Origin: Actinomycetales bacterium
GTDB lineage: Bacteria; Actinomycetota; Actinomycetes; Actinomycetales; Microbacteriaceae
DNA: 64,000 nt
NCBI GenBank assembly: GCA_038205545.1
Contig: JBBRBV010000009.1
Coordinates: 1,913-65,912, forward strand
Direction of reading: 5' to 3'
A program made the position numbers and the translations under genes. A model generated the notes under the pieces. That model ran no database searches. It saw only the letters and a list, made by a program, of their open reading frames with translations, and had not been told where the DNA came from. Positions 18,629-29,391 of this stretch are shown here, one piece after another (position 1 is the stretch's first letter; each line of letters opens with the position of its first letter).

Positions 18629-19496
18629 AAGTGACCCTTCGGCGAAAATACAGCTGCTGAGCGAGGGTAATGGCGACCAAAATGACTAGCAGGACGACGG
18701 CCATGACAGCAGCACGGCCGAGGTCGAAGGCCTCGAAGGCCTCGTAGTAGATTCTCGCGGCGACAACATCCGTTGAACGTGCCGGTCCCCCCTGAGTGAG
18801 CGCGTACACCTGATCGAAGACCTGAAAGGCCGAAATGACGGTCGTGACAAGCACGAAAAACATGGTTGGACGTAGCAATGGCAGCTTGATGTGCCAGAAC
18901 ATCTTCACCGCGCCGGCACCGTCGATGCGGGCCGCCTCCAGAATCTGTCCGGGAATATTGAGCAGTCCGGCCATAAAGAACAGGGTGACGTAGCCCACGT
19001 TGGTCCAGATCACCACAGCGGCCACGGCCGGCAGGGCCAGTGATGGGTCGCTGAGCCACTCGACCCTCTGGCCGAGCAGAGTATTCAGGGCTCCGTCGGT
19101 CGGTGCGAGAATCCACTTCCAGACAACGCCGAGCGCCAGCGGTGCACCAATCCACGGCAGCACATAAACGGTACGAAGCCACGCCGACCCCGGGAGGCCG
19201 CGGGTGAGTAGGGTGGCTGCGCCGAGTCCGATCAGCGTTTGGATCGGCACGACGAGAGCAACGAAAATGAGCGTAACCAGCAGGGAGTTTCCAAACACGC
19301 CGTCGCTGAGAACGGATCGGTAGTTGTCGAAACCGACGAAGGTGATCGGACCGATCAGGTCCCAGCTTTGAAAGCTGAGCCAGAGCACAACGAGCACCGG
19401 CAGGAGGAGAAAGCACACCACGCCGAACAGGCTGGGCGCGAGGAGTGCATAGCCGGTGATTGCACTGCGCCGACGCAGACTGCCCCTACTGAACAC
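18615..19496 (-). CDS. carbohydrate ABC transporter permease
   Basis: 293 aa, 6 TM, EAA loop LEAARIDGAGAVKMFWHIKLPLLRP. Confidence 0.92.
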   Translation of the reverse strand: MFSRGSLRRRSAITGYALLAPSLFGVVCFLLLPVLVVLWLSFQSWDLIGPITFVGFDNYRSVLSDGVFGNSLLVTLIFVALVVPIQTLIGLGAATLLTRGLPGSAWLRTVYVLPWIGAPLALGVVWKWILAPTDGALNTLLGQRVEWLSDPSLALPAVAAVVIWTNVGYVTLFFMAGLLNIPGQILEAARIDGAGAVKMFWHIKLPLLRPTMFFVLVTTVISAFQVFDQVYALTQGGPARSTDVVAARIYYEAFEAFDLGRAAVMAVVLLVILVAITLAQQLYFRRRVTYEMD

Positions 19497-20937
19497 GCTC
19501 CGCCCACCACTGCATCAGTCGACGGGTAGCTTCTTCCTCGCCGAGCGGACCGTCGTCGAGCCGCTGCTCCAGTAGATAACGGTAGGCCTCGCCCACCTCG
19601 CGCCCCGGTTGGAGACCGAGCACGACCATGATCTGTTCCCCATCGAGGTCCGGGCGCACAGCGCCGAGTTCTTCCTGTTCGGCCAGCGCGGCGATGCGCT
19701 GTTCCAGGTCGTCGTAGGCGAAGCTCAACCGATCTGCCTTGCGGCGGTTGCGGGTGGTGACGTCGGCGCGGGTCAGAATGTGCAGTCGTTCCAGCTGGTC
19801 CCCGGCGTCGCGCACATAGCGACGCACGGCGGAGTCGGTCCAGGCTCCCTCCGTGTAGCCAAAGAATCGCAGGTGCAGCTCGATCAGGCGAGCAACCGCG
19901 TTGATGGTGTCGTTGTCGAAGCGCAGGGCGCGCAGACGTTTCTTCGCCAGCTTCGCCCCGACCACGTCGTGGTGGTAGAAGCTCACGACCCCGCCCGCTT
20001 CGAGTTTGCGGGTGGCCGGCTTGCCGATGTCGTGCAGTAGTGCAGCGAGCCGCACTGTCAGGTCTGGAGTTGGAAGGTTGCCGCGTGACTTCTCGTAGCC
20101 CATCGCCTGCTCCAGCACGGTGAGGGTGTGCTGGTAGACGTCTTTGTGATGATGATGCTCGTCGATCTCCAGCCGCAGGCCGGGAATCTCCGGAAGTACG
20201 ATCTCGGCCAGGCCCGATTCCATCAACGCCTCGATACCGGCGCGGGGATCCGGTGAGAGCATCAGTTTCGAGAGCTCATCACCGATGCGTTCGGCCGACA
20301 CAATGCGAATACTGTCCCGCATCTTTTCCATGGCCAGCGCAGTGTCGAGGTCCAGGGTGAACCCCAGCTGGCCGGTGAAGCGGGCCGCCCGGAGCATCCG
20401 CAGGGGATCATCTCCAAAAGAAATCTCCGGAGTGCTCGGTGTGCGCAGCCGCTTGGCCAGCAGGTCGTCCAGGCCGCCAGCCGGATCAACGAGAGTCAGC
20501 TGCGGTAGGCGCAGGGCCATCGCGTTGACGGTGAAGTCCCGGCGCAAGAGATCTGGCTCCAGGTTAGTGCCGAACACCACGTCAGGCTTGCGAGTTGTGC
20601 CGTCATAGCTGTCGGCACGATACGTGGTGATCTCGACGGTCTCGCCGCCCAGAGTGGCTCCGATGGTGCCGTACAAGCGGCCGATATCCCACTGCGCTTC
20701 GGAGAGCGGCTTTACGAGCGCGAGGATCTGATCCGGTGTCGCATTCGTCGTGAAGTCCAGGTCGTGGAGCGGCCGGTCCAGGAACGCATCGCGCACCGGT
20801 CCACCGACCAGGGCTAGTTCATGTCCGGCGGCCGCAAATGCGTTCGCCAGACGGGACACCGTGGGAGTGGCAGCCAGGTCGCCCAGTCGTGCGAGGGCTG
20901 CCGTGACGCTCTGCATATGCCCCATATTAGTTGCCAT
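19486..20937 (-). CDS. cca: CCA-adding tRNA nucleotidyltransferase (PcnA family) with HD domain
   Basis: 483 aa. [11 protein letters not shown] nucleotidyltransferase motif, HD motif LLHDIGKP. Confidence 0.93.
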   Translation of the reverse strand: MATNMGHMQSVTAALARLGDLAATPTVSRLANAFAAAGHELALVGGPVRDAFLDRPLHDLDFTTNATPDQILALVKPLSEAQWDIGRLYGTIGATLGGETVEITTYRADSYDGTTRKPDVVFGTNLEPDLLRRDFTVNAMALRLPQLTLVDPAGGLDDLLAKRLRTPSTPEISFGDDPLRMLRAARFTGQLGFTLDLDTALAMEKMRDSIRIVSAERIGDELSKLMLSPDPRAGIEALMESGLAEIVLPEIPGLRLEIDEHHHHKDVYQHTLTVLEQAMGYEKSRGNLPTPDLTVRLAALLHDIGKPATRKLEAGGVVSFYHHDVVGAKLAKKRLRALRFDNDTINAVARLIELHLRFFGYTEGAWTDSAVRRYVRDAGDQLERLHILTRADVTTRNRRKADRLSFAYDDLEQRIAALAEQEELGAVRPDLDGEQIMVVLGLQPGREVGEAYRYLLEQRLDDGPLGEEEATRRLMQWWAERVQ

Positions 20938-20996
20938 TCGGGGGCACGCAGACGCGGTGCAGGCAGCTCTAGGCTGGCACGCCCTAGAATTCCCCT

Positions 20997-23315
20997 ATGG
21001 TGGCCGAGTCAAATTCCGCGCATCGGCCCGCGCTTCCGGCTGACGCGTGCACTGCCGTGCGCCGGGCCAGGCGCGCACAGCGACACCGAAGGATGCGCCA
21101 CCTCACGGCGTTTTCGGTCGGATTCCTGACCCTGGCGGCGCTGATTTTTGCACCGACATTAGCTCCCGTCTCTGCCCTCGCCGAGACCGAGAACAGTCCC
21201 GTCAAAAGCGCCGCAACCCCCGCTGACGCCGTCGGCGTCACCGTTTCTCCCACCAGTTCCCCGGAGCTGTCGCCCGGCCAGGATCTACTCTTGACCGTGA
21301 CTGTTCACAACAACACCGACGAGGCCATTCCGATCGGTCGGATCGATGTGTACCTCGCGCAGCTCGCGCTCACGACCCGTGCTGCGCTCGATGGTTGGCT
21401 CCGACCCGATACGAGCGCAACGTCCGGCGATCAGCTGCTGAGCGTGCCGACGACAGAAGCCATTCCGGCCGGTGCCAGCACGAACCTGGCTATTACCGTT
21501 CCGGCCGATTCCATCGGATTGACGGAGCAGAACGCCTGGGGCGCGCGCGGAATCGCGGCCGTTGTCGTCGCCCCGGACTCGGTTCGCGCCGAGGGCCGCG
21601 GCACGTTCGTCTGGTCTCAGGGCAGCGCGGTCACCCCGGTCGCGTTCGCGTCCATTCTGCCGATCACGACCCCGGAAATCGCCACCGGGCTGATCTCCGC
21701 ACAGGCTCTTGAGTCCTATACCAGCGGGGCTGGCCTGCTTTCCCACCAGCTGGATGCCGCGCTCAGCGCCCCGACGACAACGATCGCCATAGATCCTCAG
21801 ATCATTGCGTCCATTCGGGTGCTCGGCACTAAGGCTCCCGCGTCGGCGGTGGCCTGGCTGGACCGCCTGTCCACCGCGAGCAATGACATTTTTCCACTCG
21901 GCTATGCGGATGCCGATATCGCGCTGCAAGCGCAGGCGGGTGCCACGAAACTGCTCGAACCAACCTCGTTCGACCCGGTGATCGATCCGAGCCTGTTCGT
22001 GGCGCCCACAGCCACGCCGATCCCGGAGACCACGGACGATCCGACGAACGTGCCGAGCGTCACCTCGCGCACGAAAACGAAAACGACCCCGTCACCAACA
22101 CCGACCCCCGTGCCGACCGTGGTGCCGGGCGAGGCAGTCATTCCCACCACGAGCGACCTGCTGGCCTGGAACTACACGAGCACCACGATTGGCTGGCCCG
22201 TTGCCGGGCAGGTCGCACGCTCCGATCTGGACGTGTTTGCCGCGAGCGGCCTGACCACGACCATCCTCTCCAGTGGCAACGTGGCGCAATCCAACGTCTT
22301 CACCCCGGATACCGCCCTCACCCTCCCGACCGGGCTGGGCCTGGTCAGTGATACCCCCCTCTCGGCCGCCATCCGTGCCGCTGCCGAAGCCACGACCGAG
22401 GACGAGTGGAGGGGATACGTCTCCGAGGCGGCCTCGCTGCTGGCGATTGTGTCTGCCGAGAACCCGAACTCGGCGCGTACCCTCCTGGTCACGTTTGACC
22501 GCAGCGGCTCGACGAACGCGAGCCGGGTCGGTCAAACCCTTGCCGCTCTCAACTCGGCCTCCTGGTCGAACGCAACGTCGCTGCAATCGGCTCTGGATTC
22601 CGCTCCGGCAACCACGGTGAGCTTTCAGGACAAGGAGATCGACAGCAACCGCGTCACGCTCGCCCGATCACTGCTGACTCGCGAGGCTGCGATCAATGAA
22701 TTCGCCACCATTGTGGCCGATCCGTTGGCGATCACCGCACCGGCACGACTGGACCTGCTGGCCCTCCTGGGTGTGCACTGGCGGTCACAGACGTCGGCCT
22801 GGGCGGAACGGGTCGGGGCCAGCCTCGCCGCCTCTTCTGATCTGATGAACGCCGTGACCGTGACCACCCGTGGGCCGATCATCGTGGTGGGTAGCGAGGT
22901 TGACCTGCGCATCACGCTCACGAACGCCCTGAATCAGGTCGTCACCGTGCGCACCGAGATCGTGCCATCCAACGGACGCCTCGTCGTCGGTGAGACCTCC
23001 GAGACCACCATTCAACCCAAGTCTGCGCAGGCCGTCTCCGTGCCACTGAGCGCTGCCGTCGGCAACGGCGATGTCGTACTGCGCGTCACCCTGTACACCC
23101 TGAATGGCACCCCCCTCGGCCAGAGCGCCCCCATTGACGTCAGCGTGCGCGCCGATTGGGAAGGCGTGGGCGCGAGCATCTTTGCTGTTCTCGTCGTCGG
23201 CTTCTTCGGGTTTGGGATCTGGCGCAATATCGTGCGCCGACGCCGCGAAGGCGGCGGTGCGGCATCCGCTCCTGCCGACCAGGCGACGCCACCAGCGGCG
23301 GAACCCCATGTCTGA
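20997..23315 (+). CDS. large secreted/membrane-anchored conserved actinobacterial protein (DUF6049-like) upstream of murJ
   Basis: 772 aa. Signal peptide MRHLTAFSVGFLTLAALIFAPTLAPVSALA (alternative start ATG 21093), Thr/Pro-rich linker, C-terminal TM plus RRRR. The stop overlaps the murJ start. Its position between cca and murJ matches conserved actinobacterial synteny. Confidence 0.8.
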   Translation: MVAESNSAHRPALPADACTAVRRARRAQRHRRMRHLTAFSVGFLTLAALIFAPTLAPVSALAETENSPVKSAATPADAVGVTVSPTSSPELSPGQDLLLTVTVHNNTDEAIPIGRIDVYLAQLALTTRAALDGWLRPDTSATSGDQLLSVPTTEAIPAGASTNLAITVPADSIGLTEQNAWGARGIAAVVVAPDSVRAEGRGTFVWSQGSAVTPVAFASILPITTPEIATGLISAQALESYTSGAGLLSHQLDAALSAPTTTIAIDPQIIASIRVLGTKAPASAVAWLDRLSTASNDIFPLGYADADIALQAQAGATKLLEPTSFDPVIDPSLFVAPTATPIPETTDDPTNVPSVTSRTKTKTTPSPTPTPVPTVVPGEAVIPTTSDLLAWNYTSTTIGWPVAGQVARSDLDVFAASGLTTTILSSGNVAQSNVFTPDTALTLPTGLGLVSDTPLSAAIRAAAEATTEDEWRGYVSEAASLLAIVSAENPNSARTLLVTFDRSGSTNASRVGQTLAALNSASWSNATSLQSALDSAPATTVSFQDKEIDSNRVTLARSLLTREAAINEFATIVADPLAITAPARLDLLALLGVHWRSQTSAWAERVGASLAASSDLMNAVTVTTRGPIIVVGSEVDLRITLTNALNQVVTVRTEIVPSNGRLVVGETSETTIQPKSAQAVSVPLSAAVGNGDVVLRVTLYTLNGTPLGQSAPIDVSVRADWEGVGASIFAVLVVGFFGFGIWRNIVRRRREGGGAASAPADQATPPAAEPHV

Positions 23316-24933
23316 CACCAGCACCGGCAGCGGTGGCATCGGCCGCGCCAGTGCTTTTCTGGCTTCCGGCACGATCGTGTCGCGCATCCTCGGTTTCGTG
23401 AAGGTTATCGTGCTGGCCGGTATCGTCGGCCAATTCGGTGCCACCGCCGACACGTTTGCCATCGCCAATCAGCTGCCGAACACGATCTACGTGATCGTGG
23501 CCGGTGGCATCCTGACGGCCGTACTGGTGCCGCAAATCGTTCGGGCAAGCGTGCACGCCGACGGCGGCACGGCCTATATCAACAAACTCCTGACCCTGGC
23601 CCTGGTCGTTTTGTTCGTGACAACCCTCGCCGCCACCCTGCTGGCTCCCATCATCACCGGCTTTATCGGCCTGAATCTTCCCGAAGACCAGAAGTCCCTC
23701 GCCGTGGCGTTCGCCTACTGGTGCCTCCCGCAAATGTTCTTCTACGGTCTCTACACGCTGCTGGGTGAGGTACTCAACGCCCGCAAATCATTCGGACCCT
23801 TCACCTGGGTTCCGGTGTTGAACAACGTGGTGGCCATTGCTGGTTTGATCCTTTTCGCTGCACTCTTCAGCCCCGACCCGTCGGGTGGTCGATCGGCTGC
23901 CGAGGTCACATCAGCGATGGTGACCGTGCTGGGCGGCAGCGCCACCCTCGGCGTCATCACCCAGGCCGTCGTGTTGTTCTATTTCTGGCGTCGAATCGGA
24001 CTTCGCTACCGCCCGGACTTTCACTTCAGAGGCGTCGGGCTCGGCGCCGCCGGCAAAATGGCGAGCTGGACCTTCGGCATGCTCCTGCTCACCACCATCG
24101 CGGGCATCGTGGAGACGCAGGTTGTGACGCTGGCGCACGGCAAGGCCTCCGTTGCCGTGCTCGCCACGGCCTGGCTCATCTTCATGCTGCCGCACTCCGT
24201 GATCACCGTGTCGGTTGCGACGGCCTATTTCACCCGAATGAGCGAGCACGCCACGATGGGTAACTGGGCGCAAGTCAGAACGGATGCCTCGAGCGCGATT
24301 CGGGGGACATCGCTGCTCATCGTGCTGGCCGCGGCCGTAATCGCCGTCTGCGCGTACCCCTTCGCCGCGGTCTTTGTAGCCCCGTTCGACCAGGTGCAGG
24401 GGATCGGTAACGTCATCATCGCCTTCATCGTGGGGCTCGTGCCGTTCTGCGTGCTCTTCGTTTTGCAACGCACCTACTATGCTCTCGGCGACACCCGAAC
24501 GCCGTTCTTTTTCACCCTGTTCCAGGTGGTTCTGCTGGTCATCGCCGTGCTGGCCTGCTCGTTGCTGCCCACGGACTGGATTGCTGTTGGCATCGCCGCA
24601 TCGATCACGGTAACCGGTACCTTGCAGGCCATCCTCGCTGCACTGCTGCTGCGTCACCGGATGCATGGGATTGATGGGCGGCGCATTGTGCGGAGCCTGG
24701 TGAAATACGTCGCTGCCGCCGCCATTCCCCTGGCTGCCGGGCTGGCTCTCCTGGTGATTCTGGGGGGCACCACAGAGGACGGATTTGCCGTGTCGTCGAG
24801 GCTGACAGCCATGGTGTCCATGATTATCATCGGTATCGTCATGTCGGCGGCTTACTTCGGACTGCTCCTCGTCATGCGCAGCGCCGAGCTGACCGCCTTC
24901 CTGGCGCCCGTGCAGCGACGCTTCGGCCGCTAG
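23308..24933 (+). CDS. murJ: lipid II flippase MurJ (MviN)
   Basis: Start trimmed to ATG 23308 (MSDTSTGSGGIGRASAFLASGTIVSRILGFVK). About 14 TM MOP-superfamily protein. Confidence 0.92.
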   Translation: MSDTSTGSGGIGRASAFLASGTIVSRILGFVKVIVLAGIVGQFGATADTFAIANQLPNTIYVIVAGGILTAVLVPQIVRASVHADGGTAYINKLLTLALVVLFVTTLAATLLAPIITGFIGLNLPEDQKSLAVAFAYWCLPQMFFYGLYTLLGEVLNARKSFGPFTWVPVLNNVVAIAGLILFAALFSPDPSGGRSAAEVTSAMVTVLGGSATLGVITQAVVLFYFWRRIGLRYRPDFHFRGVGLGAAGKMASWTFGMLLLTTIAGIVETQVVTLAHGKASVAVLATAWLIFMLPHSVITVSVATAYFTRMSEHATMGNWAQVRTDASSAIRGTSLLIVLAAAVIAVCAYPFAAVFVAPFDQVQGIGNVIIAFIVGLVPFCVLFVLQRTYYALGDTRTPFFFTLFQVVLLVIAVLACSLLPTDWIAVGIAASITVTGTLQAILAALLLRHRMHGIDGRRIVRSLVKYVAAAAIPLAAGLALLVILGGTTEDGFAVSSRLTAMVSMIIIGIVMSAAYFGLLLVMRSAELTAFLAPVQRRFGR

Positions 24934-25111
24934 CTCACTCAGGGGCTGCCGGTCGACTCAGTGACCGGTGAGCGCTGCCGGCCAGGTCTGCCGCTGCCGA
25001 CACCCGGTGGTGCACGCTGGGAGCGCACGGAATAGCATCCGCTTAGGATGTGTTGTATCGAAACGTGAGGCGGCGTTCTGCCCGTCTTGCCCACCACTGC
25101 AAGGAGTGCGC

Positions 25112-26083
25112 GTGCGTCAGATCATTATCATCGGTTCCGGACCGGCCGGATACACCGCGGCGATCTATGCCGCCCGAGCCAATCTCAAGCCGTTGGTTAT
25201 CGCCAGTTCGGTGGAGGCCGGTGGTGAATTGATGAACACAACCGACGTGGAAAACTTCCCCGGCTTCCCGGAGGGCGTGCAGGGTCCCGATCTGATGACC
25301 AAGATGCAGGAGCAGGCGGAGCGCTTCGGCACCGAGGTTGTCTATGACGATGTTGAGTCGGTCGACCTGTCGGGCCCCATCAAGACGGTCACCCTCGGCA
25401 ACGGTGACGTGGAGCTGGCTCTGACTGTCGTCTTCGCCACGGGCTCGGCGTATCGCAAGCTGGGCCTCAGTGACGAAGAGCGCCTCTCGGGACGCGGCGT
25501 CTCCTGGTGCGCCACCTGCGACGGTTTCTTCTTCAAGGGCAAGGAAATCGCCGTGATCGGCGGCGGCGATTCTGCCATGGAGGAAGCCACATTCCTCACC
25601 CGGTTCGCTTCCAAGGTGCACATCATTCACCGCAAGGGGGAGCTACGCGCCTCCAAGATCATGCAGGAACGTGCCTTCGCAAACGACAAGATCGAGTTCA
25701 CCTGGAACACCGAGGTCGTCGGCATCACCGGGACCGACGCTGTCGACGGTCTCACCCTGCGGGACACCGTTTCCGGCGCCGAGAGCAGTCTTCCCGTCGG
25801 CGGTGTCTTCGTGGCCATCGGCAATGACCCGCGCACGCACCTCGTGCACCAGCAGCTCGATCTCACGCCCGAGGGCACCATCGCGGTCGCGGGCAGGTCA
25901 AGCCTCACCAGCCAGGCGGGCGTCTTCGCGGCCGGCGACGTGATCGATTCCAGCTATCGCCAAGCCATCACCGCTGCCGGCTCCGGCTGTGCGGCCGCTC
26001 TCGACGCGGAACACTACCTCAGCACCCTTCCCCCCGCCGTGCTGGCCCAGGCCAGCGACCCTGAACTCGTACCAGTCAACTAA
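25112..26083 (+). CDS. trxB: thioredoxin-disulfide reductase
   Basis: GSGPAGYTAA FAD motif, redox centre CATCDG. Start placed at GTG 25112, 6 nt after AAGGAG; the track ORF extends to 24968. Confidence 0.93.
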   Translation: MRQIIIIGSGPAGYTAAIYAARANLKPLVIASSVEAGGELMNTTDVENFPGFPEGVQGPDLMTKMQEQAERFGTEVVYDDVESVDLSGPIKTVTLGNGDVELALTVVFATGSAYRKLGLSDEERLSGRGVSWCATCDGFFFKGKEIAVIGGGDSAMEEATFLTRFASKVHIIHRKGELRASKIMQERAFANDKIEFTWNTEVVGITGTDAVDGLTLRDTVSGAESSLPVGGVFVAIGNDPRTHLVHQQLDLTPEGTIAVAGRSSLTSQAGVFAAGDVIDSSYRQAITAAGSGCAAALDAEHYLSTLPPAVLAQASDPELVPVN

Positions 26084-26093
26084 GGAGAACGAC

Positions 26094-26417
26094 ATGACCG
26101 CACGATCCGTCACCGAAGCCAACTTTGATCAGGAAGTTATCAACAACGAAAAGACCGTATTGGTGGACTTTTGGGCCGAGTGGTGTGGCCCCTGCCGCGC
26201 CGTGAGTCCGATTCTCGACCAGATCGCGGCTGAGAACTCCGACAAGCTCGACATCGTCAAGCTCAACGTCGACGAGCACCCCGCTCTGGCCGCCAAGTAC
26301 CAGATCACCTCGATCCCCGCTATGAAGGTATTTCAGAAGGGTGAGGTCGTCAAGACCGTCATCGGCGCCAAGCCGAAGCCGCAGCTGGAAAAGGACCTCG
26401 CCGACTACCTGGTCTAA
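26094..26417 (+). CDS. trxA: thioredoxin
   Basis: 107 aa from ATG 26094 after AAGGAG. WCGPC active site. Confidence 0.96.
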   Translation: MTARSVTEANFDQEVINNEKTVLVDFWAEWCGPCRAVSPILDQIAAENSDKLDIVKLNVDEHPALAAKYQITSIPAMKVFQKGEVVKTVIGAKPKPQLEKDLADYLV

Positions 26418-26436
26418 GCAGCTCCGCACGCAAAAA

Positions 26437-26465
26437 CCCGTCCGACATCACCGGGCGGGTTTTTT
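26437..26465 (+). terminator. intrinsic terminator after trxA
   Basis: AAAAACCCGTCCG-ACATCAC-CGGGCGGGTTTTTT, a GC stem followed by a T-run. Confidence 0.8.
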
Positions 26466-26516
26466 CGTGCCCGGTGCCACAGCATACGATGAAGACGACA
26501 GCAGAACGGATGTGAC

Positions 26517-27866
26517 GTGACATTTCAGGGTTCCACTGAAGCCGGAAACAAGCAGGGCGGTAACAACCTCGACCCGTGGTATCACCACTACGCCGATCGA
26601 GCCGCCGGACTCAAGGCGTCCGAGGTGCGCGCGCTCTTCGCCGTGGCCTCGCGCCCCGAAGTGGTCTCACTCGCCGGCGGCATGCCGTACGTCGCGGCCC
26701 TACCGCAGGACCTCGTCATCAATGCCATGGACAAAGTCATGCGCGAGAGGGGACCGACCGCACTGCAATATGGCTCTGGTCAGGGAGTTCCCTTGTTACG
26801 GGAGCAGATTCTCGACGTTATGGCGTTGGAGGGAATCAAGGCGAACGCCGACGATGTGGTCGTCACGACCGGCTCCCAGCATGCTCTCGAGCTGGTGAGC
26901 AAACTATTTCTGGACCCCGGTGACGTCGTCATTTCAGAGGGCCCCAGCTATGTCACGGCCATGGTCATCTTCAAGTCGTACCAGGCCGAGGTCGACCATG
27001 TACCCATGGACGAGAATGGTCTGATCCCGGCCGCACTGATCGAGCACATCGCTGCCCTCAAGGCCACCGGACGCACCATAAAATTCCTCTACACGATCCC
27101 GAGTTTTCACAATCCGGCCGGGGTGACCCTCAGCTGGGAACGTCGCCAGGAAATTCTCGAGATCTGCCGCTCGAACAACATTCTGGTTCTCGAGGACAAC
27201 CCGTACGGCCTGCTCTACTTCAACAAGCCGGCACCGGATGCCATCCGTTCGCTTGAGCGCGACGGCGTTGTGTACCTCGGTACCTTTTCCAAAACCCTCG
27301 CGCCCGGCTTTCGGGTCGGGTGGGCACTCGCACCGCACGCGATTCGCGAGAAACTCGTTCTCGCGAATGAGGCTGCCGTACTCTCCCCCAGCTCCTTCAC
27401 CCAGATGGTCATTTCGGAATACCTGTCCACGGCGGATTGGAAGGGACAAATCGATACCTTCCGCAGCGTATATCACGACCGCAAGAATGCCATGCTCGCT
27501 GCGCTGGACGAGTACCTGCCCGACCTGACCTGGACCAACCCCACCGGCGGCTTCTACGTCTGGGTCACCCTGCCCGACGGGCTCGACTCCAAAGCTATGT
27601 TGCCCCGCGCGGTCACGGAGCTCGTTGCCTACACACCCGGCACGGCGTTCTACGCCGACGGGGACGGACGCCGGAACATGCGCCTCGCGTTCTGCTATCC
27701 CACCCCCGACAATATTCGAGTCGGAATCCGCCGTCTCGCTACGGTCATTCGCGACGAACTCGATTTGCTCGATACCTTCGCTGGGACAGGCTCGCTCGGC
27801 GCCGTCCCCGACCGTCCCGGCGCCAACAACCAGCGCTACGCTGGACCACCGGCCAACATCTCCTAG
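26517..27866 (+). CDS. PLP-dependent aminotransferase, class I/II fold (2-aminoadipate/aromatic aminotransferase-like)
   Basis: 449 aa. GTG start. GGMPY, TFSKTLAPGFRVGW with the PLP lysine. Confidence 0.88.
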   Translation: MTFQGSTEAGNKQGGNNLDPWYHHYADRAAGLKASEVRALFAVASRPEVVSLAGGMPYVAALPQDLVINAMDKVMRERGPTALQYGSGQGVPLLREQILDVMALEGIKANADDVVVTTGSQHALELVSKLFLDPGDVVISEGPSYVTAMVIFKSYQAEVDHVPMDENGLIPAALIEHIAALKATGRTIKFLYTIPSFHNPAGVTLSWERRQEILEICRSNNILVLEDNPYGLLYFNKPAPDAIRSLERDGVVYLGTFSKTLAPGFRVGWALAPHAIREKLVLANEAAVLSPSSFTQMVISEYLSTADWKGQIDTFRSVYHDRKNAMLAALDEYLPDLTWTNPTGGFYVWVTLPDGLDSKAMLPRAVTELVAYTPGTAFYADGDGRRNMRLAFCYPTPDNIRVGIRRLATVIRDELDLLDTFAGTGSLGAVPDRPGANNQRYAGPPANIS

Positions 27867-27907
27867 ATTCGCCTCCACTCCACCATTAACTAGGAGAAAA
27901 CCTGATC

Positions 27908-28864
27908 ATGAGCGAATTCACTCCACTCAACATTGTCATTCTAGCCGGCGGAATCTCCCACGAGCGAGATGTTTCACTTCGTTCCGGTCGGCGGGTAGCG
28001 GATGCCCTGACCGACCAGGGACACACCGTCAGCGTTCTCGATCCAGGCTCAAACCTGCTCACCACCCTCACTGAACAAGCTCCCGACCTGATCTGGCCGA
28101 CGCTGCACGGTGCCACCGGAGAAGACGGTGCCCTGTTATCCCTGCTCGCGACCACGGGCATCCCCTTTCTAGGCTCACGTGGCCCCGCCGCGTCGCTGGC
28201 CTGGAACAAGGCAACGGCCAAAGAGCTCGTGCTGCGGGCGGGCTACGCCACTCCCCCGGCGATCGCACTCTCCACCGAAACATTTCGCGACCTGGGTGCC
28301 ACGAGCGTTCTGGACCACCTGGTCAGTGCGATCGGGCTACCGCTCGTCGTCAAGCCAGCCCACGGCGGCTCCTCGCAGGGTGTCACGATCGTGCGCTCTC
28401 CGGCCGATCTGCCACGCGCCATGGTGGACGCTTACACGTACGCCAACACGGCCCTGGTCGAGGCGTACGTCGACGGCACCGAAGTCACGGTGGCCGTTAT
28501 CGACACTGGTGACGGCCCCACCGCTCTCCCCATCGTAGAAATTGTCCCCGTAGACGGCGTGTTCAGCTTCGAGGCGCGCTATAACGCGGGCGAAACCGAC
28601 TACTACACCCCGGCGCGCCTCTCCGACGAGGTCTCTATGGTCGTTTCCGACTCCGCCATCCGCATTCATGACCTTCTGGGTCTGCGCCATCTCAGCCGCA
28701 TCGACCTCATTGTTGACGCGGAAGGGACCCCCTGGTTCCTTGAAGCCAACGTGCTACCCGGCCTCACCGAAACGTCACTTGTTCCGCAGGCCATTGAAGC
28801 GGCTAGCCAGACCTTGGGAGCCACCTACTCGGCCCTCGCCACGTACGCCAGTACAGTCCGGTAG
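27908..28864 (+). CDS. ddl: D-alanine--D-alanine ligase
   Basis: 318 aa. ATP-grasp fold, HGATGEDGALLSLL, EANVLPGLTETS. Confidence 0.94.
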   Translation: MSEFTPLNIVILAGGISHERDVSLRSGRRVADALTDQGHTVSVLDPGSNLLTTLTEQAPDLIWPTLHGATGEDGALLSLLATTGIPFLGSRGPAASLAWNKATAKELVLRAGYATPPAIALSTETFRDLGATSVLDHLVSAIGLPLVVKPAHGGSSQGVTIVRSPADLPRAMVDAYTYANTALVEAYVDGTEVTVAVIDTGDGPTALPIVEIVPVDGVFSFEARYNAGETDYYTPARLSDEVSMVVSDSAIRIHDLLGLRHLSRIDLIVDAEGTPWFLEANVLPGLTETSLVPQAIEAASQTLGATYSALATYASTVR

Positions 28865-28884
28865 CTAGAGCATCGCCACAACGT

Positions 28885-28900
28885 CGTTTCACGTGAAACA
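28885..28900. promoter_or_regulatory. parS site 1
   Basis: CGTTTCACGTGAAACA (outer position differs from consensus). Confidence 0.8.
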
Positions 28901-28924
28901 GTGAGAACCCCGAGATGTGTCGAC

Positions 28925-28940
28925 TGTTTCACGTGAAACA
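28925..28940. promoter_or_regulatory. parS site 2
   Basis: TGTTTCACGTGAAACA, a perfect 16-bp palindrome. Confidence 0.9.
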
Positions 28941-29070
28941 ACGTAGGCAGAGAGGTACGTGGGAGCAGTGAGCGCCAATGTGGTCTCGACGGGCTCGACC
29001 ACCGGCAAATCCGGCATATGGACGATTTACGGCTCGGGTGATCGTAGTCAGGACGCACCAAACCCACGGT

Positions 29071-29086
29071 AGTTTCACGTGAAACA
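29071..29086. promoter_or_regulatory. parS site 3
   Basis: AGTTTCACGTGAAACA. Confidence 0.8.
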
Positions 29087-29226
29087 GTCGAATGCCCTGC
29101 TGTGAGCCTGGGGCGTGGGAGCGTGGGAGCCGATGCGGTCTCGACGCGTTCGACCAGCGGGAGATCGACGTCGCTACTGCTGCACAGCGGATAGCGGTGC
29201 GCGCCCCCTTCATACGTTACGACAAC

Positions 29227-29242
29227 TGTTTCACGTGAAACA
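29227..29242. promoter_or_regulatory. parS site 4
   Basis: TGTTTCACGTGAAACA, perfect. Confidence 0.9.
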
Positions 29243-29375
29243 CTCCAGGCCCTGCTGTGAGTCTGTGGCCGGGGGATCGATGTGGTCTCGACCGACTCGA
29301 CCACCGGGCATTTGGGGTCGCGAGCCCTACAGGTAGCGGGCGATCGTGGGCGAACCATGTATAAGCGACAACGAT

Positions 29376-29391
29376 TGTTCCACGTGAAACA
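29376..29391. promoter_or_regulatory. parS site 5
   Basis: TGTTCCACGTGAAACA, identical to the classic Bacillus-type variant. Confidence 0.85.

Noticed and set aside
26934-27878. 314-aa minus-strand ORF opposite the aminotransferase gene; similar cases at 2948..3955, 23911..24666, 21285..21929, 42377..43105 and 43334..43969
   Set aside because: All are antisense to genes with clear family motifs. They have no independent support.
20997-28864. Block of plus-strand (head-on relative to the leftward fork) essential genes left of oriC: DUF6049, murJ, trxB, trxA, aminotransferase, ddl
   Set aside because: To my knowledge, the same head-on orientation of the DUF6049-murJ...trxB-trxA block next to parAB is conserved in other actinobacteria such as mycobacteria. 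It is conserved synteny rather than a local anomaly.
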